A DNA stretch of 64,000 nt. Origin: an uncultured Sporosarcina sp. GTDB taxonomy: Bacteria; Bacillota; Bacilli; Bacillales_A; Planococcaceae. Made by a program: the position numbers and the translations under genes. Under the pieces are notes generated by a model. The model ran no database searches. It was given only the letters and a program-made list of their open reading frames with translations, and was not told the DNA's origin. The number at the start of each line of letters is the position of its first letter. Within the stretch, counting starts at the first letter, position 1. The stretch is taken from NCBI GenBank assembly GCA_947644645.1, contig CANSAF010000006.1, positions 14,917 to 78,916 on the forward strand, read 5' to 3'. This document shows, piece by piece, positions 8,356 to 19,500 of the stretch.

Positions 8356-9759
8356 ATGGTAATGGATTTTTTGAATTGGATGGTTGGACCTTTTAATAAT
8401 TTTATTTGGACATACATATTAATTGGTGTGTTATTGGTATTAGGTACGTATTTTACGATTCGGACGAAATTTGTACAAGTTCGCTTGTTTGGAGAAATGT
8501 TTCGGTTAATTTTTGAGAAGAAAGAAAGTAATGACGGCGTCTCACCTTTCCAAGCATTTACGATTAGTGCAGCTTCACGTGTTGGAACGGGAAATGTAAC
8601 AGGTGTAGCGTTAGCGATAGGAGTAGGGGGTCCCGGGGCAGTCTTTTGGATGTGGATGATTGCGGTGATCGGGATGGCAACAGCATTTATCGAAAGTACC
8701 TTGGCACAAGTTTATAAAGTAAGAGATGGCGATACTTTTCGAGGTGGTCCGGCTTACTATATGCAAAAAGCACTTGGTTTGCGTAAATTAGGGATTGTCT
8801 TTGCGATTTTATTGACCCTTTGTTTTGGTTTTATTTTCAATGCGGTGCAATCAAATACAATTAGTCAGTCATTTATGGATGTTTTTGGTGTTAAAGATTG
8901 GGTAGTCGGATTAGTTTTAGTCTTTGCAACTGCCATTATTATTTTCGGTGGCGTAAAAAGAATTGTTAAAGTGACGGAGTTAGTCGTTCCGATTATGGCG
9001 ACTTTTTATCTATTCATTGCGCTTTACATCGTCATTACAAATTTATCTGAAATTCCAGCAGTGTTTAACTTAATTATTAGTCATGCATTTGGCTTAAAAG
9101 AAGTTGTTGGTGGCGGAATTGGTGCAGCGATGATGCAAGGAATTCGTCGTGGATTATTCTCGAACGAAGCAGGAATGGGAAGTGTGCCGAACGCAGCTGC
9201 AACGGCAAACGTTTCTCACCCAGCAAAACAAGGTTTAGTACAGAGTTTAGGTGTGTTTTTTGATACGATTATGATTTGTTCTGCGACTGCGTTTATTATT
9301 ATTTTAGCTGGGCTTTATACGACTGGTGAACAAGATGGGATTATTTTAACGCAAGCATCGATGGCAGTACATGTCGGTTCTTGGGCACCATATTTTGTTG
9401 CGATTGCGATTCTTTTCTTCGCATTTAGTTCAATTATCGGGAACTATTATTACGGCGAAACGAATATTGAATTTATCAATGGCAATAAAATTTGGTTACT
9501 CATTTACCGTTTTTGTGTGTTAGGGATGGTTATGTTCGGTGCTTTAGCATCTGTCCAAGTTGTTTGGGATATGGCAGATTTATTTATGGGTATGATGGCA
9601 ATTATTAACTTACTTGTCATTGCGTTATTAGGACGTGTTGCCTTTAAAGTATTGGATGACTTCACAATGCAGCGTAAACAAGGTTTAAACCCAGTCTTTA
9701 AAGCAGAATCGATTCCGGGATTAAAAGGCGCGGAATGCTGGGAAGATGAACAGAAATAG
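8356..9759 (+). CDS. alsT: Alanine/glycine:cation symporter (AGCS family, AlsT-like)
   Basis: RVGTGNVTGVALA, GGPGAVFWMW, GGPAYYM, RGLFSNEAGMGS. Confidence 0.9.
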   Translation: MVMDFLNWMVGPFNNFIWTYILIGVLLVLGTYFTIRTKFVQVRLFGEMFRLIFEKKESNDGVSPFQAFTISAASRVGTGNVTGVALAIGVGGPGAVFWMWMIAVIGMATAFIESTLAQVYKVRDGDTFRGGPAYYMQKALGLRKLGIVFAILLTLCFGFIFNAVQSNTISQSFMDVFGVKDWVVGLVLVFATAIIIFGGVKRIVKVTELVVPIMATFYLFIALYIVITNLSEIPAVFNLIISHAFGLKEVVGGGIGAAMMQGIRRGLFSNEAGMGSVPNAAATANVSHPAKQGLVQSLGVFFDTIMICSATAFIIILAGLYTTGEQDGIILTQASMAVHVGSWAPYFVAIAILFFAFSSIIGNYYYGETNIEFINGNKIWLLIYRFCVLGMVMFGALASVQVVWDMADLFMGMMAIINLLVIALLGRVAFKVLDDFTMQRKQGLNPVFKAESIPGLKGAECWEDEQK

Positions 9760-9841
9760 TTGTTGGAAAAAAGGATTTAAATTAAGAAATGTTTTAGCAA
9801 CTATGACTGCGATGAAAAGAAAATGATGATAAAACTTCAGT

Positions 9842-9886
9842 AAAAGACGTTCAGAGAGTGATTCACTTTCTGTACGTCTTTTTTAG
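9842..9886 (+). terminator. Intrinsic terminator (dispersed palindrome family)
   Basis: AAAAGACGTTCAGAGAGTG-att-CACTTTCTGTACGTCTTTTTT. Confidence 0.75.
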
Positions 9887-9943
9887 GTTCAGTATATGAA
9901 ATTATGTTTAGAGCATCCTATGTATAAATCAGGAGGTGTGTAA

Positions 9944-10483
9944 ATGATGAAATATATTGTACCGATATTTGTAAAGTTTTTAATGATTTCATTCGTCTTG
10001 GGTGTTGTGCTTTGGACGGGAGGAATGCCATTTATTCACATTACATGGATTAGTATCCTAATCACTACATTGTCATCCATCGTAGAATGGCTTCTTTTAC
10101 CGAAATATGGCAATGTTGTTCTTACGCTGATTGACTTCGTGGTGGTATTATTAATTGTTTCAATAGGGAGTGCATTTCTATTTGGAGGTCTGCGGCAAAT
10201 AGGATTCGCTGTTTTTACACCAGCCATTATTATTGCGCTTTGGGAAGCATTTTTTCATAAGTATTTACGAAAACGTTTTTTTGAAGACGAATTTTCTTCC
10301 ATTGAAGCAACCTACCGTCATTTTGATGGAAAAACACAATTTGGACCTGATGAATTAGAACATTTACGAACAGAATTCAGTAATGAGTTTGATATTGGAA
10401 GCCCTTCCGGTGTAGAAAAAAAGAAAGAAAAAAACTATGTGCCACATAGACGAAAAAAACGTAATAAAAAAAATCCATATTAA
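9944..10483 (+). CDS. Four-TM membrane protein, probable DUF2512/YndM family, with basic C-terminal tail
   Basis: Four hydrophobic segments, E.FFHKYL and TEFSNE motifs; good RBS (AGGAGG). Confidence 0.6.
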   Translation: MMKYIVPIFVKFLMISFVLGVVLWTGGMPFIHITWISILITTLSSIVEWLLLPKYGNVVLTLIDFVVVLLIVSIGSAFLFGGLRQIGFAVFTPAIIIALWEAFFHKYLRKRFFEDEFSSIEATYRHFDGKTQFGPDELEHLRTEFSNEFDIGSPSGVEKKKEKNYVPHRRKKRNKKNPY

Positions 10484-10490
10484 GCAGTCG

Positions 10491-10521
10491 AAGCCGGTGA
10501 CAACATAGTTCCGGCTTTTAA
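10491..10521 (+). terminator. Intrinsic terminator
   Basis: AAGCCGG...CCGGCTT-TT. Confidence 0.6.
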
Positions 10522-10607
10522 TACAAATGATGTTTTACAGTTGTCTTGACACATAGGGGTGATATATTAGATAATTTATTTAAATGAAAGACTTTGGGGG
10601 ACTATAG

Positions 10608-11951
10608 ATGGCAACGAGAAAACAGTTGAAGTTAGGGACAATGATTCACGGTGTAGGCGAAAAAATATCGGACTGGAGACATCCGAATATCCCATCCGAT
10701 GCAAGTGTTAATTTTGAATTTTATAAAGAACAAGCACAAGTTTCTGAAAAAGGGAAATTTGATTTTGTTTTTATTGCTGATGCTTTATACATAAATGAAA
10801 AATCGAATCCACATTATTTAAATCGATTTGAGCCGTTAACGATTTTATCGGCACTTGCCGCAACGACATCTCATATTGGACTAGTTGGTACTTTATCGAC
10901 AACATATAGTGAGCCATTTTCAGCAGCTAGGCAATTTGCTTCGCTCGATATGATTAGTGGCGGTAGAGCAGGTTGGAATGTGGTCACTTCTGGATTAGAA
11001 AAAACAGCGTTAAATTTCAGTAAAGATATAGCAGATCATCCAAATCATGATAATCGTTATAAAATGGCTTATGAGTTCGTGGATATAATGAAGGGATTAT
11101 GGAGTTCTTGGGAGGATGATGCCTTTATTCGCGATAAAGCATCAGGTCAATTTTTTGATACAAATAAACTGCATACACTAAATTATGAAGGGGAATTCTT
11201 TTCTGTTCAAGGTCCGTTAAATATTGGACGTTCACCACAAGGGCAACCAGTTATTTTTCAGGCGGGTTCTTCAAGTGCAGGAAAAACATTTTCAGCGCGG
11301 GAAGCGGATGTTGTTTTTGCGATTATGCCAACGATAGAAGAAGCATCGGCTTATTACCAAGACATGAAACGACAAACGATTGAACATGGGCGAAAAGCTG
11401 AAGATCTTGTCGTCATTCAAGGGATTAGTCCAATTATTGGAGAAACAATGGAGGAAGCGGAAAGAAAATATGAAGAAATTGCGCGCTTAGTGACGATTGA
11501 TCAAGCGCTCGCTTTTTTAGGCCGGCATTTTGAACATCATGATTTTACGCAATATCCACTAGACGAGCTATTCCCGGAGTTAGGAAGTCTCGGAGAAAAT
11601 AGTTTTAAAAGTGATACAGACCGCATTAAGCGGATCGCAAGAGAAGAAAACTTAACGCTTCGTGAAGTTGCACTAAGAGAAGCGACACCGCGAACACCAT
11701 TCCTTGGTACACCAGAGAAAGTCGCTGATTTAATACAAGAGTGGTATGAAAAAGAAGCGGTAGATGGTTTTATGATTATCGCAAATTTACCAAGTGAGTT
11801 AACTGCATTTGTAGAGTCGGTTGTACCAATTCTTCAAGCGCGTGGCATCTTTCGGGAACAGTATGAAGGCGATACATTAAGGGAGCATTTGGAAATTGAC
11901 TACGTGAAAAATAAGCATGCAAGAGCACGTGAATATCAGCTAGAAAAATAA
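10608..11951 (+). CDS. LLM-class FMN-dependent monooxygenase, NtaA/DmoA/SoxA family
   Basis: [55 protein letters not shown]. Confidence 0.9.
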   Translation: MATRKQLKLGTMIHGVGEKISDWRHPNIPSDASVNFEFYKEQAQVSEKGKFDFVFIADALYINEKSNPHYLNRFEPLTILSALAATTSHIGLVGTLSTTYSEPFSAARQFASLDMISGGRAGWNVVTSGLEKTALNFSKDIADHPNHDNRYKMAYEFVDIMKGLWSSWEDDAFIRDKASGQFFDTNKLHTLNYEGEFFSVQGPLNIGRSPQGQPVIFQAGSSSAGKTFSAREADVVFAIMPTIEEASAYYQDMKRQTIEHGRKAEDLVVIQGISPIIGETMEEAERKYEEIARLVTIDQALAFLGRHFEHHDFTQYPLDELFPELGSLGENSFKSDTDRIKRIAREENLTLREVALREATPRTPFLGTPEKVADLIQEWYEKEAVDGFMIIANLPSELTAFVESVVPILQARGIFREQYEGDTLREHLEIDYVKNKHARAREYQLEK

Positions 11952-12198
11952 GAGAGTCGCTGTTCAATCGCTTTGTTATTGGATGCTTCCTATTTGTATT
12001 TTCCTTACAAGTAAAAAAACCAATAAGCAAAAAATGCAGCATTTTCACGCATATAAAAATAGAACAGTTACGCTTGAAAATGGAAGGGGAAAATTCATTC
12101 GACAAATTTTTTTGTCTGATGAATTTTTTCTTTTGTGAATGAGTTGTTTATAACTTGTCTTTTTTAATTTTGAAATGTTGAGATGTCGGTCATTTTTT

Positions 12199-12231
12199 TG
12201 TGGAGAAAGGGTATGTGGATAATGTGGATAG
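12199..12231 (-). promoter_or_regulatory. DnaA-box cluster upstream of the RNR operon
   Basis: Perfect TGTGGATAA (12214-12222), adjacent TGTGGATAG (12223-12231) and TGTGGAGAA (12199-12207). Confidence 0.65.
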
Positions 12232-12260
12232 TTTTTTATGAGAGTGAACATACTTTACGA

Positions 12261-12314
12261 TTAAAACACAATATGTTAGGGTATATGATAAGAAGTATAC
12301 ACAATATATAGTGT
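12261..12314 (+). promoter_or_regulatory. NrdR boxes and putative SigA promoter of the RNR operon
   Basis: Consensus NrdR box ACACAATATATAGTGT (12299-12314); degenerate box ACACAATATGTTAGGG (12266-12281); TTAAAA-17-TATGAT. Confidence 0.8.
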
Positions 12315-12545
12315 ATGCTAAAAGTAGACGCACAAGTTATGGGCGTGTGAATCTTTCAAAAAAGAGCATAATTTCTGTGGAAATGATCAGTCATTCCACT
12401 AGAAGTTTAACAGTTGAAATATAAAGTTTTTTAGAATAAGCGTGAAAAAAGTCGCGGGCGGATTTGGTGAAATAGAAAGTAGAAAACCATTAGGCCTGTT
12501 TTTTATTGTGAAACGCTAAAATGACAGCATTAAGGAGAGAATACA

Positions 12546-14768
12546 ATGACGACAGAAATTAAAACGACAAAAATCGACCAATTAATGAATCAGTTGCAAA
12601 ATGAATTTGGTGAAGAGAAAATTGCACCTTTACTTAAAGTGAGCGATCGTTGGCTTGAAAGAAATACCGAAGGAACAGATGCTGAATGGGCAAAGGCAAT
12701 GATTCTTGAAGCAATCAGTTTTGTGGCAGAAGACGAAACATATTGGACGTTCGTTGCTTCTCGCATTTATTTAGAGGAAGTATATCGTCATGAAGAATTG
12801 CAGCGTGGACATGCTGCTTATGAAAACTTTGCGGAGCATGTTGAAAAACTCGTTGCAGAAGGTCTTTATGCTTCATTTTTAACGGAAAAATATACACAGG
12901 ATGAATTAGAGGCACTGGGGAAATTAATCGAACCAGAACGCGATAAATTATTCACATATATTGGACTTAAAACATTTATGGATCGTTATGTAGCGGTTGA
13001 TTATAGTAAGAAGCCTGTAGAATTACCACAAGAACGCTGGTTAGTCATTGCGATGACGTTAATGCAAGATGAGAAAGAGAATCGTCTTGAGAAAGTTGCG
13101 GAATCTTACTGGGCAACAAGTAATTTATATATGACAGTGGCAACACCGACATTATCAAATGCTGGTAAACCACATGGCCAATTATCAAGTTGCTTTATTG
13201 ATACGGTAGACGATTCTTTACAAGGAATTTATGACAGCAATACAGCTGTTGCGAATCTTTCGAAATATGGCGGCGGAATCGGCGTTTATATGGGGAAAGT
13301 GCGTAGCCGTGGTTCAGCAATTCGCGGATTTAAAGGCGCGTCAAGCGGTGTTTTACCATGGATTAAACAGTTAAACAATACGGCAGTGAGTGTTGATCAG
13401 TTAGGACAGCGTCAAGGAGCAATTGCCGTTTATTTAGACGTTTTCCATAAAGATATCTTCACATTCTTAGATTTAAAATTAAATAATGGTGACGAGCGTA
13501 TGCGTGCACATGATATTTTCACGGGCGTTTGTTTACCAGACCTTTATATGGAACAAGTTGAAAAACGTGGCGAATGGCATATGTTCGATCCACATGAAGT
13601 ACGCCAAGTTATGGGCTATTCATTAGAAGATTTTTACGATGAAAAACGTGGAAATGGTTCATTCCGTGAGAAATATGAAGAATGTGTAAATAACCCGAAC
13701 TTAAGCCGTGAAACAGTGCCAGCAATTGAGCTGATGAAACGTATTTTACGTAGTCAACTTGAAACGGGAACGCCGTTCATGTTCTATCGTGATGAAGTAA
13801 ACCGTGCAAATGCAAACAAACATGAAGGAATGATTTACTCTTCAAACCTTTGTACAGAAATTGCGCAAAATATGAGCGCAACAGAATTTGAATCGGTAAC
13901 ATTAGAAGACGATATCGTTGTAACACGTTCAAAACCAGGTGATTTCGTTGTATGTAACTTATCATCGATTAACCTTGGACGTGCTGTTCCAGCGGATGTA
14001 TTAGAGCGTTTAATTAAAATTCAAGTGCGTATGTTAGATAATGTAATTGAATTGAATAAAATTCCAGTTGTTCAAGCAGCTAGAACGAATTCTAGATACC
14101 GCGGAATTGGACTTGGCACATTCGGTTGGCATCACTTATTAGCACTGAAAAACATTCAGTGGGAATCAGATGAGGCAGTTGATTATGCGGACGAGCTTTA
14201 TGAAAGAATTGCATACTTAACAATCCAATCTTCTATGGAATTATCGAAAGAAAAAGGTGCTTATCCTTTATTCGAGGGATCAGATTGGCAAACAGGTAAT
14301 TACTTTGAGTATAAAGGCTATGACTCAAAAGAATGGAATGAACTACGTGCAGAAGTTGCGGAAAACGGAATGCGTAACGGCTATTTAATGGCGGTTGCAC
14401 CGAACTCGTCAACATCAGTCATTGCAGGTTCAACAGCATCTATCGATCCAATCTTTAAACCATTTTTCCATGAAGAGAAAAAGGATTATAAATTACCAAC
14501 AGTTGCACCAGATTTAGATCATAATACGTATAATATTTATAGACGTTCGGCATATATCGTTGACCAACGTTGGTCTGTAAAACAAAATGCAGCAAGACAA
14601 AAACATATTGACCAAGCAATTTCATTTAATATTTATGTTCCGAATACGATTCGTGCTTCAGTACTTTTAGATTTGCATATTCAAGCATGGGATTCAGGTA
14701 TGAAAACATCTTATTATACGCGTTCAAGCGCGACGGATATTGCAGAGTGTGAATGGTGTCATTCTTAA
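12546..14768 (+). CDS. nrdA: Ribonucleoside-diphosphate reductase class I alpha subunit
   Basis: ATPTLSNAG, LSSCF, RQGAIAVYL, SSNLCTEI (radical Cys), YYTRS, C-terminal CEWC; the N-terminus looks like a truncated ATP-cone remnant. Confidence 0.92.
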   Translation: MTTEIKTTKIDQLMNQLQNEFGEEKIAPLLKVSDRWLERNTEGTDAEWAKAMILEAISFVAEDETYWTFVASRIYLEEVYRHEELQRGHAAYENFAEHVEKLVAEGLYASFLTEKYTQDELEALGKLIEPERDKLFTYIGLKTFMDRYVAVDYSKKPVELPQERWLVIAMTLMQDEKENRLEKVAESYWATSNLYMTVATPTLSNAGKPHGQLSSCFIDTVDDSLQGIYDSNTAVANLSKYGGGIGVYMGKVRSRGSAIRGFKGASSGVLPWIKQLNNTAVSVDQLGQRQGAIAVYLDVFHKDIFTFLDLKLNNGDERMRAHDIFTGVCLPDLYMEQVEKRGEWHMFDPHEVRQVMGYSLEDFYDEKRGNGSFREKYEECVNNPNLSRETVPAIELMKRILRSQLETGTPFMFYRDEVNRANANKHEGMIYSSNLCTEIAQNMSATEFESVTLEDDIVVTRSKPGDFVVCNLSSINLGRAVPADVLERLIKIQVRMLDNVIELNKIPVVQAARTNSRYRGIGLGTFGWHHLLALKNIQWESDEAVDYADELYERIAYLTIQSSMELSKEKGAYPLFEGSDWQTGNYFEYKGYDSKEWNELRAEVAENGMRNGYLMAVAPNSSTSVIAGSTASIDPIFKPFFHEEKKDYKLPTVAPDLDHNTYNIYRRSAYIVDQRWSVKQNAARQKHIDQAISFNIYVPNTIRASVLLDLHIQAWDSGMKTSYYTRSSATDIAECEWCHS

Positions 14769-15193
14769 TCGCTTACGCTTCTTGGAGTGGTAATACAGGG
14801 GAAGTTGCAGAACTGATTAAAGAAACTTTAGAGAAAACTGACGTGCAAGTTGTTCTCCATCGAATCGGCAGTGGTCCAATTCCGGACCCCGCCGATTTTG
14901 ATAGTTTAATGGTTGGTTCATTTACATGGGAACAAGGGGCAACCCCTGATGAAGTGAAAGATTTCGTATTAGATGTTGGTTATAAACCTGAATCGGTCTA
15001 TGTTTTTGGAACAGGCGACACGCAGTTTGGTGGCGATGCCTTATTTTGTGCGGCAGCTGTTAAACTTGCAAAATTTTACAATTCAACGTATCCACCGTTA
15101 AGAATAGAACAAAGCCCTAGAGGAACACAGGAAATTGAAGTGATTGAATGGGCAGAAGGAGCATATAAACATTGGTTACACTTAAACGCGTAA
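14753..15193 (+). CDS. Short-chain flavodoxin
   Basis: YASWSGNT FMN loop, GSFTWEQG, VFGTGDTQFGG...FCAA; overlaps both RNR genes. Confidence 0.9.
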   Translation: MVSFLIAYASWSGNTGEVAELIKETLEKTDVQVVLHRIGSGPIPDPADFDSLMVGSFTWEQGATPDEVKDFVLDVGYKPESVYVFGTGDTQFGGDALFCAAAVKLAKFYNSTYPPLRIEQSPRGTQEIEVIEWAEGAYKHWLHLNA

Positions 15194-16209
15194 AAGTAAT
15201 AGAACCAGCAAATCCAAATAAAGCAACAGCAATTTTTGGTGGGGAAGCAAGTGGAATTTTAAACTGGAATGACCTTGCATATCCACATTTTTATACATTA
15301 CGTCAAAAAATTCGTTCTTTATTTTGGACAGCTAATGAAGTTGACATGACACAAGATGTAAAGCAGTTTGCAGATTTAACAGATGCTGAACAAGATGCAT
15401 TTTTAAAGATTGTGGGACTGCTTGCCACGCTAGATGGTCCACAAACAACAATTGCTTTAAAACTTTCTGATTATACGACAGACCCATCTGTCAAATCAAT
15501 CATGGCTACAATTGCAGACCAAGAAAGTGAACATAATCATAGTTATGCTTATGTCCTTTCATCAGTAACAACATTGGATAAGCAAATTGCATCATTCGAA
15601 ATGGGGCGTACAGACGAAGTATTAATGCGCCGAAATGAAAGAATTGTGGACGTGTATAATGAATTCGCAGCTAACCCAACAATTGAAACAGCATTAAAAT
15701 CAATGGTCTATACAACGCTTTTGGAAGGACTTTTCTTTTATAGTGGTTTCGCGTTCTTCTACAACTTAGCGCGTAATCAAAAAATGGTCGGTACTTCTAC
15801 GATGATTTCTTATATTAACCGTGATGAATTACAACATGGTAAAGCAATTAGTGATATTTTCCGCGCGGCACTTGCCGAAAATCCGGAATACAATACGGAA
15901 GAATTTACAGAGTGGGTATACGATCAATTCAGACATTCTGTAGAGCAAGAAACATTATGGAGTGAGTATGTATTAAAAGACATTGACGGCATCGATTTAG
16001 AAGAGATGGCGGGCTATGTTAAATACCGTGCGAACAAAATGCTTAGAATGCTAGGTTTAAGTGAAATCTATCCAGAATACACGAAAAACCCAATGCGTTG
16101 GATCAAAGCATATGTGGATAGCTTTGATGACACGAAAACAGATTTCTTTGAGCAAGCTTCAAGACAATATGTTAAAACGAGTGATTTAAACGGTTTTGAC
16201 GATTTATAA
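15172..16209 (+). CDS. nrdB: Ribonucleoside-diphosphate reductase class I beta subunit
   Basis: FWTANEV, ligands LD, ESEH..SY (radical Tyr), LEGLFFYSGF, RDELQH; C-terminal DFFE...Y; TTG start. Confidence 0.92.
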   Translation: MVTLKRVKVIEPANPNKATAIFGGEASGILNWNDLAYPHFYTLRQKIRSLFWTANEVDMTQDVKQFADLTDAEQDAFLKIVGLLATLDGPQTTIALKLSDYTTDPSVKSIMATIADQESEHNHSYAYVLSSVTTLDKQIASFEMGRTDEVLMRRNERIVDVYNEFAANPTIETALKSMVYTTLLEGLFFYSGFAFFYNLARNQKMVGTSTMISYINRDELQHGKAISDIFRAALAENPEYNTEEFTEWVYDQFRHSVEQETLWSEYVLKDIDGIDLEEMAGYVKYRANKMLRMLGLSEIYPEYTKNPMRWIKAYVDSFDDTKTDFFEQASRQYVKTSDLNGFDDL

Positions 16210-16212
16210 GTA

Positions 16213-16270
16213 GAGTGCCTCCCGAAAAGTCTATCATTAGGCTTTTCGGGGGTACTCTATTTTTTTATTT
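16213..16270 (+). terminator. Intrinsic terminator (dispersed palindrome family)
   Basis: GAGTGCCTCCCGAAAAGTC...GGCTTTTCGGGGGTACTC then a T tract. Confidence 0.75.
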
Positions 16271-16364
16271 AAAAACATTGAAAGAGTGTTTTTCACTATA
16301 TACTTTCATAAATTGGACAAAAATCACCTGAATTCACTAAATATTAAGTTTTCATTTTAATATT

Positions 16365-16429
16365 TAGGGTACATATTCTTTGATATAGGACTTTCCCTAA
16401 TAGTAAGTCTATTCATTTATTTTTACAAT
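16365..16429 (+). promoter_or_regulatory. Putative NreC-activated narG promoter (two TAGGG/CCCTA-type boxes and -10)
   Basis: TAGGGT at 16365; TAGGACTTTCCCTA at 16386-16399; -10 TACAAT at 16424-16429; same geometry as the narK promoter. Confidence 0.7.
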
Positions 16430-16513
16430 AATAAGTAGATGAATGATTTTGAGTTTTACCACGACAAAAGCATAGGTTAACGAAAGTTATTTGAGAAGGA
16501 GCTGTTCATACAA

Positions 16514-19500
16514 ATGCAAAAGCAAAGACGTAAAAAGAAATTTGGACTAAATTACTTTAAACCGATTGAGAAGTTTTCAGGGACTTGGTCGATTTTGGAA
16601 GAGAAAAGTAGAGACTGGGAAAATATGTATCGTCAACGTTGGTCACATGACAAAGTTGTTAGAACAACGCATGGCGTAAACTGTACAGGTTCTTGTAGTT
16701 GGAAAGTATTTGTGAAAAATGGAATCATTACATGGGAAAATCAGCAAATTGACTATCCTTCTTGTGGTCCTGATATGCCAGAGTTTGAGCCGAGAGGATG
16801 TCCACGTGGGGCGTCGTTTTCATGGTATGAATATAGCCCTCTTAGAGTAAAGCATCCTTATATTCGTGGGAAACTATGGCGTATGTGGACAGCTGCTGTA
16901 TCTGAACTTCAAGATCCGGTTAAAGCATGGGCAAGTATTGTTGAAGATGAAGAAAAAGCAAATTCATATAAAAAAGCACGTGGAAAAGGTGGTCATGTGC
17001 GCGTAGATTGGCGTGATGCAACGATTATGATTGCAGCCCAGCTCATTTATACAATTCAAAAATATGGTCCCGACCGTATTGCAGGGTTTACCCCTATTCC
17101 AGCGATGTCGATGGTCAGTTATGCATCGGGTGCACGTTTTATCTCTTTACTCGGTGGAGAAATGTTAAGTTTCTATGATTGGTACGCGGATTTACCGCCT
17201 TCATCACCACAGATTTGGGGTGAACAGACAGATGTGCCTGAATCAAGTGACTGGTATAACTCTGGTTATATTATTATGTGGGGTTCTAATGTTCCACTTA
17301 CAAGAACGCCGGACGCGCATTTCTTAACAGAAGTACGTTATAAAGGAACGAAAGTCGTTTCAGTAGCACCAGATTATGCAGAAAGTGTTGTTCATGCGGA
17401 CGATTGGATTGCAGCAGAACCAGGTTCAGACGCCGCGGTTGCACAAGCAATGACACATGTTATTTTAGACGAGTTTTATCAAAAACGACAAGAGCCAATG
17501 TTTTTAAATTACGCAAAACAATATACAGATATGCCGTTTTTAATTTTATTAGATGAACATGAAGGGGCTTATAAAGCCGGTCGTTTCCTTCGCGCAAGTG
17601 ATTTAGGAAACGCTTCACAGCATGCAGAATGGAAACCAGTTATTTTTGACGAAGCGAAAAACGACATCATTGTTCCAAATGGCACGATGGGTCAACGTTG
17701 GGAAGATGATGTGAAATGGAATTTAATCTTAGAAAATGAGGATGGAACAATTGTAGAGCCTGCATTATCTATCGCAGAACATGAGGCAGAGTGGAAAGAA
17801 ATTGTTTTCCCTTATTTCGATAATGTGGCGAATGGGACATTCAAAAGACCAATTCCAGCGAAGAAAATTGTTTGTGCGGATGGAAAAGAGCGTCTTGTCG
17901 CAACGGTTCATGATTTAATGTTAAGTCAGTACGGCATCAATCGCATTAATAGTCCTTTGGAAGCTTCTGGTTATGACGATGCGGAATCGTTTTATACACC
18001 AGCATGGCAAGAAAAAATTACAAATGTGAAGCCAGAACTAGTGACACAAATTGCCCATGAGTTTGCACAAAATGCGATTGATACAGGTGGACGATCCATG
18101 ATTATTATGGGCGCGGGTATTAACCACTGGTTTAACAGTGATACGATTTATCGTTCAATTTTAAATCTCGTTACACTAACAGCTTCACAAGGCGTTAACG
18201 GCGGGGGCTGGGCGCATTATGTTGGACAAGAAAAATGTCGTCCAATTGAAGGTTGGGGAACGATTGCTTTTGCAAGAGATTGGCAAGCGCCGCCTCGTCT
18301 GCAAAATGCGACATCATTCTTCTATTTCGCAACAGACCAGTGGAAGTATGAGGAAATGGGTGCAGATTTACTGATGTCTCCAACAGCGGGAGAAGCACGC
18401 TATGAACATCCAGCGGATTATAATGTGCTCGCGGCTAGACTTGGTTGGTTACCATCTTATCCACAGTTTAATAAAAACAGCTTAATGTTCGCGGAAGATG
18501 CGGCGAAAGCAGGGAAGAAAACGACAGAAGAAATCGTTAATTATACAGTAGAACAATTAAAATCAGGCGAAGTTGAATTTGCAGCGGAAGATCCAGGTGC
18601 ACCAGAAAACTTCCCACGTTCGCTTTTCGTATGGCGTTCAAACCTTGTTTCTAGTTCGGCAAAAGGGCAGGAATATTTTATGAAGCATTTATTTGGTGCT
18701 TCTGATGGTTTACTCGCATCACCGAACGAAGATGTGAAACCAGAAGAAATGAGATGGCGTGAAGATGTTGAAGGAAAACTAGATTTACTTGTTGCGCTAG
18801 ATTTCAGAATGACAGCTACGCCGATGTATGCAGATATTGTTTTACCAGCAGCAACTTGGTATGAAAAACATGATCTATCATCAACGGATATGCATCCATT
18901 TGTACATCCATTTAATCCGGCGGTTGACCCATTATGGGAAGCGCGTTCTGACTGGGATATTTATCGTTCGATTGCGGAAGCTTTTTCTACAATGGCTAAA
19001 ACGCATTTACCAGGTGTTTACAAAGATTTAGTGACAACACCACTTGCACATGATTCAGCGCAAGAAATTGCACAACCATACGGGGAAGTAAAAGATTGGA
19101 AAACGGGAGAAGTGGAAGCGATTCCTGGAAAAACGATGCCAGCTATGACGATTGTTGAACGTGATTATACACAAGTTTACGATAAATATGTGACGCTTGG
19201 TCCACTACTTGCAACTGGAAAAGTAGGCGCACATGGCGTTAGCTTCTCTGTTGCAGAAGAATATGAAATGATGAAAGGCATTAACGGAACTTATTTCGAT
19301 GAAACGATTAAGAATGGATTACCGAAATTGCATACCGCAAAACAAGCGGCTGAAGCGATGCTTACTTTATCATCTGCTACAAATGGTCGTGTATCACAAA
19401 AAGCATTTGAAGTTGCAGAAGACTTAACAGGCGTAGAGTTAAAAGATATTTCAGCGGATAGAAGTGCAGAAAGATTTACTTTCGCTAATATTACTGCACA

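Noticed and set aside
15172-16209. Metal-free class Ie RNR
   Set aside because: All canonical metal ligands (D, ExxH, E, ExxH) are intact.
16260-16513. Fnr box upstream of narG
   Set aside because: No TGTGA-N6-TCACA or TTGAT-N4-ATCAA match was found.
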